This document shows, one piece after another, positions 50,315 through 61,199 of a stretch of 64,000 bases of DNA; within the stretch, counting starts at the first letter, position 1; the number at the start of each line of letters is the position of its first letter. This stretch comes from Octopus sinensis (taxonomy: Eukaryota). Position numbers and translations under genes: made by a program. Under the pieces are notes generated by a model that made no database searches, was not told the DNA's origin, and was given only the letters and a program-made list of their open reading frames with translations. Where the stretch lies: contig NC_042999.1 in NCBI RefSeq assembly GCF_006345805.1, positions 122,078,001 to 122,142,000 on the forward strand. Direction: 5' to 3'.

Positions 50315-53300
50315 AATCATCATCATCTTCTTTTAACACCTGTCTTTCATGTTGGTATGGGTTGGACAGTTTGACAGGAGCTGCTAAACCCAAGGACTGC
50401 ACCAAGCTCTAATGTCTGCTTTGGCATAGTTTCTATGACTGGATGCCTTTCCTAATGCTACCCATTTCACAGAGTGTACTGGCTATATTTCACATGATAC
50501 ACACACAGATAGACACACACATGTGCAAGCTCATGCACAGACACACACACACACATACAAGTCTTGGCTAATGTTTTCCCAGAATTGTTGCTTATTTTCT
50601 GAAAAAACAAAAACTATACAGTATTTCAGGGCAACTGAAACTTTCTCTCTACACTTTTCAGATTCACTTAAAGAACTAGTTATCAACAAGCATTCTCTGG
50701 TAGGAGAATATCACAAACCCCATCAGACTAATATTTAATTAAGAATTCTTTCTAGATCATTAAGTCTGTCCTTCAGGTATTATAGCAATAATTACTAGGA
50801 TAGATCATAGCTATCTTAACTAAAGAACCACCATTCATTTTCATTAAGTGAAAAACATTGTTTCAATGAAAATAGGAACATTAAAACGATTCCCCAAATA
50901 TCTCATCAATAAATACTGTCACTTACAATAACTGTGACTTACTTTTACCTTTGGAAAGTGAGAGATAACAAAAGGGAAAGTGATGACAGTGTGTATTTGA
51001 AAATGGAATTGTAAATTTTGCTTTATGTCAGAAAACTGAATGTTTCTGTCATATTCTAAGACTCACATCAGCTAACAACCATGAAAAGACATTGAAATTT
51101 ACAAAAGTAGGCTTTTAAAGTCCTCAATTGTTTATCTGTTTACATGAAATAATCAAATACCTCCTGGAGATTGCTGTATAAAATGAATAACAAAATAGTC
51201 AATAAATTTATTTCCAGTGTTTTTGATCATCCATATTCTGCTCCACTCTAAATATAGAAGCCTCAAACGCTACAGATACCCCTACTTCAAATAAATAGAT
51301 ATAATCATGGATTATCAAACAAGACAATTGCTTTCTAAACTTATAATAAAATCAAATAAACCTTGAAATAAAATATATTTTATGCAGGCAGAGTTTTTAT
51401 TTATATCAAATATGATAAAGTTAAATGTGTTATTTCTCTCTTACCTCTCATAGCATGTTCTGAAATAAAATCAATATAAATTGATTATTTAGCTTATCTT
51501 TCATAGGTATTATTCCTAGAAGATTTGGTATTTCCCACCACCTTACTTTTCTAGATAGTGATGTTTCAAAACTATGTAATGAAAATATTTGCTGATCTGA
51601 AAAACATGAGCCTGATTGATCCACATACCCATGTTGCTTCTTATATTTGTGAAAGTGTGTTTGTATGTGTGTGTGGATGTGTATTTATTTTATGAATCCT
51701 TAGATATTTGCAGGAAGCTTATGTTAACTAAGAATCATTAGAGGGGCAATATACTCCATATTGAAATCATGATGATCTGTAGCCAGTAGTTGATTTACAA
51801 AAGATGTATTGGCATGGTATACTATAGTATAAATTGTGTGTGTGTGTGTATGTATGTGAATTTGTGTTTCGATCTGAGATCATGTGTTGAAACTAAAATG
51901 ATTGCAGCATGGAAGACCAGGTTGTAGTTTCAAGCGACCAAATGTTTGATCCCATGTTACAGACAATAAATTTTTTGTGTGCTTCTGAATTGCTAACTTG
52001 TGTCTTATATGCTGCATACATATATAAAGACACACACACTCACAACTTGTGGCATAAAGGACAAGACTTCTCTTACTTTAACTTCTGAGAATGACTTTGA
52101 AGGGAACTCAGTTGCTGCCTTGAATTTCCTTGCTGTTCAGAAACCCTCACTACCCCAACCACTGGCCAGAAACTGGAATATGCAGTGACTCCAATTGCAT
52201 GTGTTTTTTAGCCAACCTGTGCAGTCCAAAAATACCTTCCAAATGTTCCTTTTCTTCACCTGACGATGCTTCACTTTTTACTTCCATTCAGGTCCTTTTG
52301 TTGCTCTCTGCTGCTTGCCTTTAAATATCACCTACTATCAGGCCACCTAGATCTAAAGATCACTTGACACTACCCTCATTCCATTTCAAATTTGTCCAGC
52401 CACATAGGTGGATATCACCTCTGCAAGATTGTAGTGCTGGCCTCACCCCTCTCCTTGTCTCCTTCATCACCTGAGTAGCTGATATCTCTTCAAATGTCCA
52501 TTATGGGAAGTGGAATTCACCAACTAATAGATTTGTTTCAGGAATTCAGTTCTGTCTCTCTACTTTCTCTCGTTGAGTAATGCACTATGCATTAGGTGGT
52601 TTCAACCAAATCTCCAATTTTAGTCTGAGCAGATACAGGTTCTTCTTCCTCCTCAAAATGTTGCCATACTGTGTTTGGTCATCTCCATTCATACCTGAAC
52701 TATGTTCTTTGTGGCCTACTACTTAGCTTGTCCTGCCCTACATAACATGTTGTACCAGAAGATTGCCACAATGAAGGTAGGGGCAATCAAACATCCTACC
52801 CTTGATTGTAATAATGTATCTTTCCACAACTTTCTCTCCATTCAGCCTATATGCAGCTCTGAAGAAGCATCTGACTTTGCATCTCTCAGACATTTCCTTC
52901 AGCAACCCTGAACAAAATGCAGTGATGTTGTCCTTCAGTAGTTCTTCTACTGAGACCCTTTTTCCAGAATATCTTGGACAGTGCCTCTGCAAAATCAGCT
53001 GCAGTTGTCATCTTGATTTCTCCACATATCACAATTCACCTTAGTTTTCAGTCAATCGTCAGGAGGCACAATCTTCCTTGGTAGTGCATCACATCAACTA
53101 TCAGCCTCATCCAGTCTTCATCCACTTCATCTTACATGAACTTGCCATGTAACTCAGAGACTCTTACTACTCCAACTACTGGCTACATGCTGGAAAAGGC
53201 AGATATTCTAACCACAGTTTCATTGTAGACCATACCTACAGTTCAAAAAATGGTCCCTCAAATCACCGTCTTACTCATCTAACATCACTTAACTTTTTGC

Positions 53301-54434
53301 TTCCAGTACGCTCCCTCTGCTGCTCCCTCCCACTTGCCTTGGTATATGATTCACTGTCATACAACTGATGCCATTTGTGATTGCTTTAACATCATGAAAA
53401 ATGTTCCTTTATCCAAGATTTCATTAAAACCTCATTATTGCATTAGCTCATACAGCCCAATGGAATTACTGATAAAATATGGTAACTCTCTACTGAGAAG
53501 AAATATTTCGAAAGGGAAGATAACATTGTTTGATTTCATGGCAGAAGTTTTGTTGCAAAATCAATTACTTGATTTGATATAAAAATGGTAATTTTTGCAC
53601 AACTTAGTAACAAAATTTTCTGTGGGTTCCTTGATATCCTTTGTATTACATGCTGTACATAAGAACATGTTTTTATCCTGTGTGGTGGAGGAATATACTT
53701 CTTAGATGGAATTAATATTTTAATTTACTTTCATGTCATATCTCATATTGTCACTTGAGTTAACAGCCAGTTAAGTCTGCTGGTGCAGGGATAGGATTGA
53801 AGACATTTTAAATTCCTTTACATGGAAGCAAAAAAAACAAAAAAAAAATCATGCTAGTTCTCCTCTACTTTTCAAAATACACCCAGATAAAGTGAAGATT
53901 TTTAGCTTTTCAGTTGCACGTGGATGGCTGGTTAGTATGGCTATTGTATGCGTTTGCTTACCTTCGCTGTTCTCAAACTTATCCACCATACTGTTAAGAA
54001 TGCTTCCTTTTTGGTAGTAGTAGTTGTGTGGGAGAAGCTTGTGGGAGGCTAGTGGATTTGTTTGAATATATGAATTCCAAGAAATGGTGGGAAACTTACA
54101 GTAGACTGGAAAGTTGGGATCATAATTTAAGTAATGTTGTCTGAAGAAGTGGGGTGAACTGAACTTATGAAAATAGGTTAAAGAGCAATATTGATGTAGT
54201 TAGTTGTTCTTGGACTAGTGTCAGACAAAGAAATCAGACTGAGATAATTCGTAAGATTTAAAAGAGATACCTTAGATGCAAAAATAGAAGTATGTTATTA
54301 TTCACTCAGCTGAGACTCGCATTCAAGAAAGTATGTTATGATCAGAAGTTGTCGCATTTTAATGACATGTATCTCTGAATGCATGTACACACACATGTGT
54401 GTGTGTGCACATGTATGTATATACATGTCTGTGA

Positions 54435-54525
<91 letters not shown>

Positions 54526-55002
54526 AATTGATATTTTGGACAATGGATATAAGTTGATTAGTGTGTTTAAATGTTGAGTAGAGCACTGGCACAGTTTGGG
54601 CTACCTGTTGTGATCTGCAGTCATTATATATATATATATAGTCACCATCATCATCACTGTTTTAATGTCTATTTTTTCATGTTCTCATGAATAATAATCT
54701 GAATCTGTTGATGCAGATTACTATCAGATTGATAAGTGCCATGTACGAAACTCCGGGCCTTTTAGTTACATACGCAATTTTATGCCAATTAAAAATAAAA
54801 GACTACAGACAGACACAGGTACACACACACACATACACGCACACACACAATCAGGTTTCTTTCTGTTTCTGTTTTCCAAATCCATTCTCTAATTATCCTG
54901 GGGCTATAGTAGAAAACACTTGCACAAAGTGTCATGCAATTTGACTGGATTAGAATACAATTTTTTAACATTACAACCATATGTGCATCTATATATAGAT
55001 AT

Positions 55003-55220
55003 AGGCGGCGAGCTGGTAGAAACGTTAGCACGCCGGGCGGTATTTCGTCTGCTGTTACGTTCTGCATTCAAATTCCGCCGAGGTCGACTTTGCCCTTCAT
55101 CCTTTTGGGGTCGATAAATTAAGTACCAGTTACGCACTGGGGTCGATGTAATCGACTTAATCCGTTTGTCTGTTCTTGTTTGTCCCCTCTGTGTTTAGCC
55201 CCTTGTGGGTAATAAAAAAA
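55003..55220 (+). mobile_element. tRNA-derived SINE
   Basis: High similarity to 8415-8655. Confidence 0.85.
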
Positions 55221-55572
55221 TATATATATAGATATAAATACATGTGTATGTAGCATGTGATCACATGATCAACTAGACTATCGGATATTGTTACACATTG
55301 CTGGTCACAATGTACTTTGCATTGTTTCTCTTTTTTTTTAGCATTTGAGTGATGCCACTCCACTGGCTAGCAAACAGGCCTCTAAACCCCCTGGTCAGTA
55401 GGCTACTCTATTGCAGGGTTACCCATTTACAGAGGAGTGGGCTGGAGCAACATGAAGCATTTTGCTCAAGTATACAATGTACAGCTGGTCTGAAAATCGA
55501 AATCATGATCTCACAACCATGAGTGCAACACACTTAAATACGAAGCTATGCACCTCTCTCGCTTTCTTTCTT

Positions 55573-55631
<59 letters not shown>

Positions 55632-55727
55632 CGGGAAGCTTTATGAAAATAAACAAAAGACGAAGGCAGGTGGAAAACAAACGAACAATTGTATTAGTAT
55701 GGCGCTCAGGAAATATAAATAAAACAA

Positions 55728-55766
55728 GTCTTTAACGTTTCGAGCCTATGCTCTTCAACAGAAAGA
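55728..55766 (-). ncRNA. Minimal hammerhead-like motif in PLE terminal region
   Basis: UCUUU-CUGUUGAA-GAGC(AUAG)GCUC-GAAA-CGU-U-AAAGA: 5-bp stem I, 4-bp stem II, palindromic ACGU stem III; the core has U in place of A6. Confidence 0.55.
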
Positions 55767-55949
55767 TACACAGAGAGAGAAAAACACAGAAAGAAGGAGA
55801 GAAAAAAAATGCGTGCAGTAGCTAACGAATCAACATGGCGATCTGATTTCGGCCAGAGGTCAAAGATCAAACATGAGACGCGAGAGCGAAATAAGGGAAG
55901 ATAATAGGGTTGATAAAAGGGTTGAGGGACCAGCTAAAAGTGCGTGGGA

Positions 55950-56240
55950 GGGGTCTGGATGTGTGTATGTATAGGGTTGGTGTATGTATTAGTATGTATA
56001 AGGGTGTGTGTGTGTGTGTATGAGAGAGTATTAGTGCATAGGATTGGTCTGGACGTGCGTATGTATGGGGTTGGTGTATGTATTAGTATGTATTAGTATG
56101 TATTAGTACGTATTGGTATGTATAGGTGTGTGTGTGTGTGAGAGAGTATAAGTGCGTATGCGGGGTCTGGACGTGTGTATGTATAGGGTTGGTGTAAGTA
56201 TTAGTATGTACTAGTATGTATTAGTACGTATTAGTATGGC
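55950..56240. repeat. Composite minisatellite in the PLE 3' region
   Basis: Three ~100-110-bp units each starting g.tctgga.gtg.gtatgtat.gggttggtgta (55952, 56046, 56163), with variable (gtattagtat)n. Confidence 0.8.
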
Positions 56241-56503
56241 ACATCATATGTGATGTGATGTGTAAAGTCATGTGGTGTAGTGAGGAGAAGAGGGGGAGGG
56301 GGAGAAGGGGAGGGGAAGAAGAGGGGGAGGAGAAGGGGGAAGAGGAGCGGATGGGGGAGAGGAAGGGGAGAGAAGGAGCAGAGGGAAGGGGAAGAGGGAG
56401 GGAGAAAGAGGGAAGAAGGGAAGGGGAGTAGGGGTAAAAGGATGAAGGACTGAAGAAGTAGGGGTCGGGGGGAGAAAGGATAGGTGAGGAGGGGGGAGGG
56501 GGG

Positions 56504-56828
56504 TTAGATGAGGAGGGGGGGAGAGTTGAGACCAAATGGCGTATAAGAGCGAAGAGAGAAGATTAATTCCTGTTCACGGCGCAAACGGGAATCCGGATGG
56601 CCTCTGTGTAAGGACAAACCGAACACAGATAGGTGTTGCAAGGAGTGACCGGTGGAGCGGAAATGGCGTGAGACCGGTGTGTCGTTCGCAAGGTGGATGT
56701 CACGAAGGTGTTCCGCGAACCGGTCAGCCAAGCGGCGTCCCGTTTGTCCGATGTACAAGGAATTGCAGAGAGAGCAAGAGATGCAATAGATAATATTGCT
56801 GGAGGTGCAGGTGAAGGAGTGGATGATG
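56504..56828 (-). CDS. PLE GIY-YIG endonuclease segment
   Basis: IIHSFTCTSSNIIYCISCSLCNSLYIGQTGRRLADRFAEH...VSRHF...GH...REQELIFSL...PFGLN; shifted relative to the RT frame. Confidence 0.9.
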
Positions 56829-58415
56829 GGTGCTAGTGAGGCGGGTGGTGTTGGAGAGGTAAGGGCAAGTGCGGCAACGTGGGCGGGAGCAGGGGAACGA
56901 GCCGGGTTGGGAGGTAGGGTCAGGGAAGGAGCTATGGACCAAAAGGTCTCGAAGGTTGTGGGCTCGTTTGAAAGAGGGGAGGGGTCGGTTAGGGAAGAGG
57001 TGTGAAGTGGACGGGTCGGACTGGAGATGACGGAAAGCTCGAAGAATGGTGCGTTGGAGACGTAGGGTCGTGGGGTGGTAAGTGAGGGGAAAAGGGAGGC
57101 GGTAGACTACAGGGCGGGTTCGGGGAGAGAGAGCAGATACACGGTCCACGGACCGTGCTCTGGCAAGGGCGGTGTGGATAGTGGTGAGGGGGTATCCACG
57201 TAGGGTGAAGTGATGAGCCATACGTTGAGACTGAGTCTCAAAGTCATGGTCGTCACTACAGAGCCTACGTAGACGGAGGAATTGGGAATAGGGGATGGAA
57301 AGCTTGGTGTGTTCTGGGTGGGAGGAAGAGAAGTTGAGGTATGAGTGTGAGTCTGTGTGTTTGTAGTGAATGGAGGTGGTAAGAGTGGAGTGAAGAATGC
57401 TAACCGAAATGTCGAGGAAGGAGACAGAGGTGTTGGAGATAGTGGAAGTGAAGTGGAGGGCTGGATGGAAAGATTGGACGAAAGAGAGGAAGGAATCTAG
57501 ATGTTCGCGGGAGAGTGAGGTGGCACCGATAATGTCGTCAATATAACGACCATATAGTTCAGGAGTGGGACCAGTGAAATTAGAGAATATTTGGGCCTCA
57601 ACATAGCCAACGAACAGGTTCGCATAGTTGGGGCCCATTCGCGTTCCCATGGCCACTCCCGAGACCTGATGGTAGAACTCGCCCGCGAACGAGAAGCAGT
57701 TCAGAGTAAGGACAAGTTCGGCCAGACAAATGAGTGTGGAGGTGTCAGGTACAGGGTTAGAGCGGAGGTCAAGAAAGTGTCGAAGGGCCTGCAGTCCTTC
57801 GTGGTGAGGGATAACAGTATAGAGGCTTTGGATGTCCATAGTAAAAAGGATTTTGGAGGAGCCGGGAGGAAAGGAGAAAGAGTTGAAAAGCCGGAGAGCA
57901 TGGTTGGTATCGTGGATGTGGGAGGGAAGAGATGCCACTAGGGGGGCAAGGACACGGTCGAGGTATTTAGAGATGAGCTCCGTGGGGCAGTTACAGGCGG
58001 AGACGATGGGGCGGCCAGGGTTGTTGGGTTTGTGGATTTTGGGGAGGAAGTAAATGGTGGGGGTACGTGGGGTTCGCACAATTAGGTTGGATGCGGTGCG
58101 GGGGAGACGGGAGGACGAGATGAGGTCTTGGACAGTAGAGGATACCGTCTGTTGGTAGCTACGTGTGGGGTTAGAGGGCAGAGGGGAATAGAAGGAGGTG
58201 TCATTGAGTTGGCGGAAAGCCTCGGCCCTATAGAGGTCCGCGCGCCACACCACTACAGCTCCACCCTTGTCAGCCGGTTTGATGATAATGTCAGCGCGCC
58301 GTTGGAGGGAACGAAGAGCCAAGAGCTCAGCCGGGGAGATGTTGAGGCGGCGTTGGCGCCTGGAGAAGTTGAACCGCTCCAATGCACGCTGACAAGCGCC
58401 CGCGAAAAGATCCAC
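56724..58415 (-). CDS. PLE reverse transcriptase (563 codons open; the frame also opens upstream to ~58500)
   Basis: IKPADKGGAVVVW, YFLPKIHKPNNPGRPIVS, TMDIQSLYTVIP, GVAMGTRMGPNYANLF, YGRYIDDI, FLDISV, SIPYSQFLRLRRLCS. Goes out of frame after about 56830. Confidence 0.92.
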   Translation of the reverse strand: MDLFAGACQRALERFNFSRRQRRLNISPAELLALRSLQRRADIIIKPADKGGAVVVWRADLYRAEAFRQLNDTSFYSPLPSNPTRSYQQTVSSTVQDLISSSRLPRTASNLIVRTPRTPTIYFLPKIHKPNNPGRPIVSACNCPTELISKYLDRVLAPLVASLPSHIHDTNHALRLFNSFSFPPGSSKILFTMDIQSLYTVIPHHEGLQALRHFLDLRSNPVPDTSTLICLAELVLTLNCFSFAGEFYHQVSGVAMGTRMGPNYANLFVGYVEAQIFSNFTGPTPELYGRYIDDIIGATSLSREHLDSFLSFVQSFHPALHFTSTISNTSVSFLDISVSILHSTLTTSIHYKHTDSHSYLNFSSSHPEHTKLSIPYSQFLRLRRLCSDDHDFETQSQRMAHHFTLRGYPLTTIHTALARARSVDRVSALSPRTRPVVYRLPFPLTYHPTTLRLQRTILRAFRHLQSDPSTSHLFPNRPLPSFKRAHNLRDLLVHSSFPDPTSQPGSFPCSRPRCRTCPYLSNTTRLTSTHHPLLHLHLQQYYLLHLLLSLQFLVHRTNGTPLG

Positions 58416-58654
58416 TGCTAGGATCTGGCCAGGGGCAGGCGTCCACGGGGATGGTCGGCGGCCCAGGCCAGTGAAGCAGTCGTCCTCTTCGTTGGTGTGG
58501 GTGGCGAGTCGTGGTAATGCGCACCCAACCGGACACGGCGCACAAAGCTGTGGACATCAGCTCGCGTCTGGAATTCCTTACAGGATGGAGTGAGGGGGAT
58601 GAAACGCAGACCCCTACCAAGGACGGAGCATTCAGCCGCAGAGAGGGGAAGATC

Positions 58655-59268
58655 GGGGGAATGGTAACAACAGACGGATGGAGAAGGGGTGGGTGGAATA
58701 GAAGTAGGAGGGTGGTAGGTCTCGTGGAGGTCTGAGGGGGAGGGATTGGGGAGGTTGTGTGGGGGGTGGTTGGGCGGGGCAGTAGGGTTAGGTGTAGGTG
58801 GATGGAGCCTAACGGAGGGGAGAAGGGGTTGTAGGGAGGGGCAGTGGGGTTAGGTGTGGGTGGATGGAGCCTATCGGGAGGGGAGAAGGGTGGTGGAGGA
58901 GTTGGGGTAGTGGCGTCGGGTAGGGTGGAATGGAAGAGTGATTGGAGTTTACGAAGTTTGGTATCAGAAAGAAATTGATGGAAGAGTTGATTCAAATGGA
59001 TAATGAAGCGTAGCGTGTTTGGAGCATAGAGAGGCGGCAGAGAGGAGAAGAAGGTGGAGAGAGCAGGAGGAAGAAGGCGGTTGATGGCATGTAGTTTGGA
59101 GAGATTGGAGCGAATGGTGGCCCGCATAAGGCGGTAAGATGTGGTGCGGAGTATGGGTAAGATGGAAGAATCCGAGTGGAGAGCAGGGTGGAAGTGGAGG
59201 CGGAAACCTTTAGGGATGAGTCGGTGATAAGGGAGCAATTTAATAAATGCTATGTGATAAGTTACCAA
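58655..59268 (-). pseudogene. PLE ORF N-terminal segment
   Basis: VTYHIAFIKLLPYHRLIPKGFRLHF...VVTIPP. A 1-nt shift at ~58655 restores DLPLSAAECSVLGRGLRFIP...FVRRVRL, a typical PLE pre-RT motif; a second shift occurs at ~58500. Confidence 0.8.
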
Positions 59269-59777
59269 AATGTTGATAATCAGACCATATATTAAATCTT
59301 CATTTTTTGAATGTAGCCTTCTCTATGTGACTGGTGTTTTTATGAAAAGAAATATTAGGAATACTATGAAGACAAACATCAAATTGGGGGATAATTAAAG
59401 AAGAAAAGAATTTCTTGTAATTCTTGATCCTTTGTTGGGCTAAGGGTACTTAGAGATAAAATTACACTGTCGGTAATTTTATCACACAGAATAACAAGAT
59501 TAAAGGAGCAGAAATTAGAGTGAATAGTTTTTCAGTCAATGAAGAACGTGTTAAATATGTCAGCAACTGAAGATGCATTTACACTTGATGGAATGGCACT
59601 TTTCTTTTCAATATCAAATATTTTACCATGGAAACCAATCAATATTTTCGCTACATTTTGTCAACTTTTGATTTGTATGATGAAATATATCTTCTATTTT
59701 TGAACATCTATCAAGTAGTGCTTTGTGGAAATTCTATATGAGAAATAAATTATCAGAAATTTATGTTGATTAACATA

Positions 59778-59821
<44 letters not shown>

Positions 59822-59837
59822 TTGTAGATACAATGGA

Positions 59838-60250
59838 TCTTTTACTTTTACTTGTTTCAGTCATTCGACTTTGGCCATGCTGGAGCACTGTCTTTAGACG
59901 AGCAAAACGACCCCAGGACTTATTCTTTGGAAGCCTAGTACTTATTCTATCGCTCTCTTTTTTTGCCGAACCACTAAGTTATGGGGATGTAAACACACCA
60001 CCATCGGTTGTCAAGCGATGTTGGGAGGACAAATACAGACACACAATCATATACACACACATATATACATACATATATAGATATATACGACAGGCTTCTT
60101 TCAGTTTCCGTCTACCAAATCCACTCACAAGGTTTTGGTTTGCCCAAGGCTATTGTAGAAGACACTTGCCCAAGGTGCCATGCAGTGGAACTGAACCCAG
60201 AACCATGTGGATGGTAAGCAAGCTACTTACCACACAGCCACTCCTGTGCC
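59838..60250 (-). mobile_element. Full-length tRNA-derived SINE with Pol III A and B boxes
   Basis: Minus strand head ggcacaggagTGGCTGTGTGGtaag...GGTTCAGTTCC; same family as 25135-25520. Confidence 0.88.
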
Positions 60251-60253
60251 TAT

Positions 60254-61199
60254 TGTTCAGAATATTTTAAATAATAAAACTTTGTCAAAGATATGAGTGA
60301 GAATATAATACAAATGATATAGCTAACTTGATAAACGTTTTGAATGTTAATGAATATTGAAGAATATAGCAAATGGAAAAATTCTATATATTCTAATATG
60401 TTCTTGTAGGTAAGATAGCGAGCTAGCAGAAACGTTAAAACGCTGGACAAAATGCTTAACTGTATTTCTTCTCTCTTTACGCTCTGAGTTCAAATTCTGC
60501 CAAGGTCAACTTTGCCTTTCATCCTTTCGGAGTCGATAAATTAAGTGCCAGTTACATAGTGGGGCTGATCTAATTGACTGGCCCCTTCCCCCATAATTTC
60601 AGGCCTTGCACCTAGGGTAGAAAAGAATATATTCCTGTAGATACAATGTATGTTCAGAATAGTTTAAATAATAAAACTTTATCAAAGATATGAGTGAGAA
60701 TATAATACAAATTATATAGGTAGCTTGATAAATGTTTTGAACCTAATAAAATAATGAATATTAAAGAATATAGCAAATGGAAAAATTCTATATATTCTAA
60801 TATGTTCTTGTAGGTAAGATAGCGAGCTAGCAGAAACGTTAAAACGCTGGACAAAATGCTTAACTGTATTTCTTCTCTCTTTACGCTCTGAGTTCAAATT
60901 CTGCCAAGGTCAACTTTGCCTTTCATCCTTTCGGAGTCGATAAATTAAGTGCCAGTTACATAGTGGGGCTGATCTAATTGACTGGCCCCTTCCCCCATAA
61001 TTTCAGGCCTTGCACCTAGGGTAGAAAAGAATATATTCCTGTAGATACAATGTATGTTCAGAATAGTTTAAATAATAAAACTTTATCAAAGATATGAGTG
61101 AGAATATAATACAAATTATATAGGTAGCTTGATAAATGTTTTGAACCTAATAAAATAATGAATATTAAAGAATATAGCAAATGGAAAAATTCTATATAT
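60254..61199. repeat. Recent ~404-bp tandem duplication (about 2.3 copies) containing a SINE
   Basis: tgttcagaat anchors at 60254, 60651 and 61055; the 60361-60660 and 60765-61064 blocks look identical by eye. Confidence 0.92.

Larger units (their letters stand above)
55631..59268 (-). mobile_element. Near-complete Penelope-like retroelement (Neptune-type), frameshifted
   Basis: N-terminal domain (HIAFI...LIPKGFRL), Pro-rich linker, RT, Cys-rich linker CSRPRCRTC, GIY-YIG endonuclease, C-rich tract, minisatellite and a terminal region with a hammerhead-like motif, ending at (TA)n 55595-55630. Confidence 0.92.

Noticed and set aside
52738-52992. C2H2-like motif (FDCPYLHCGNLLVQH) in a decayed, more GC-rich block
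   Set aside because: Possibly an old retroelement N-terminus, but the finger is incomplete and no RT or nuclease motif was found nearby.
53035-53066. CUGACGA...GAAA on the minus strand
   Set aside because: No stem II pairing (UUGACU), poor stem III and G at position 17.
56536-58735. Plus-strand ORFs over the Penelope element
   Set aside because: Antisense shadows of the GC-rich RT/EN coding region.
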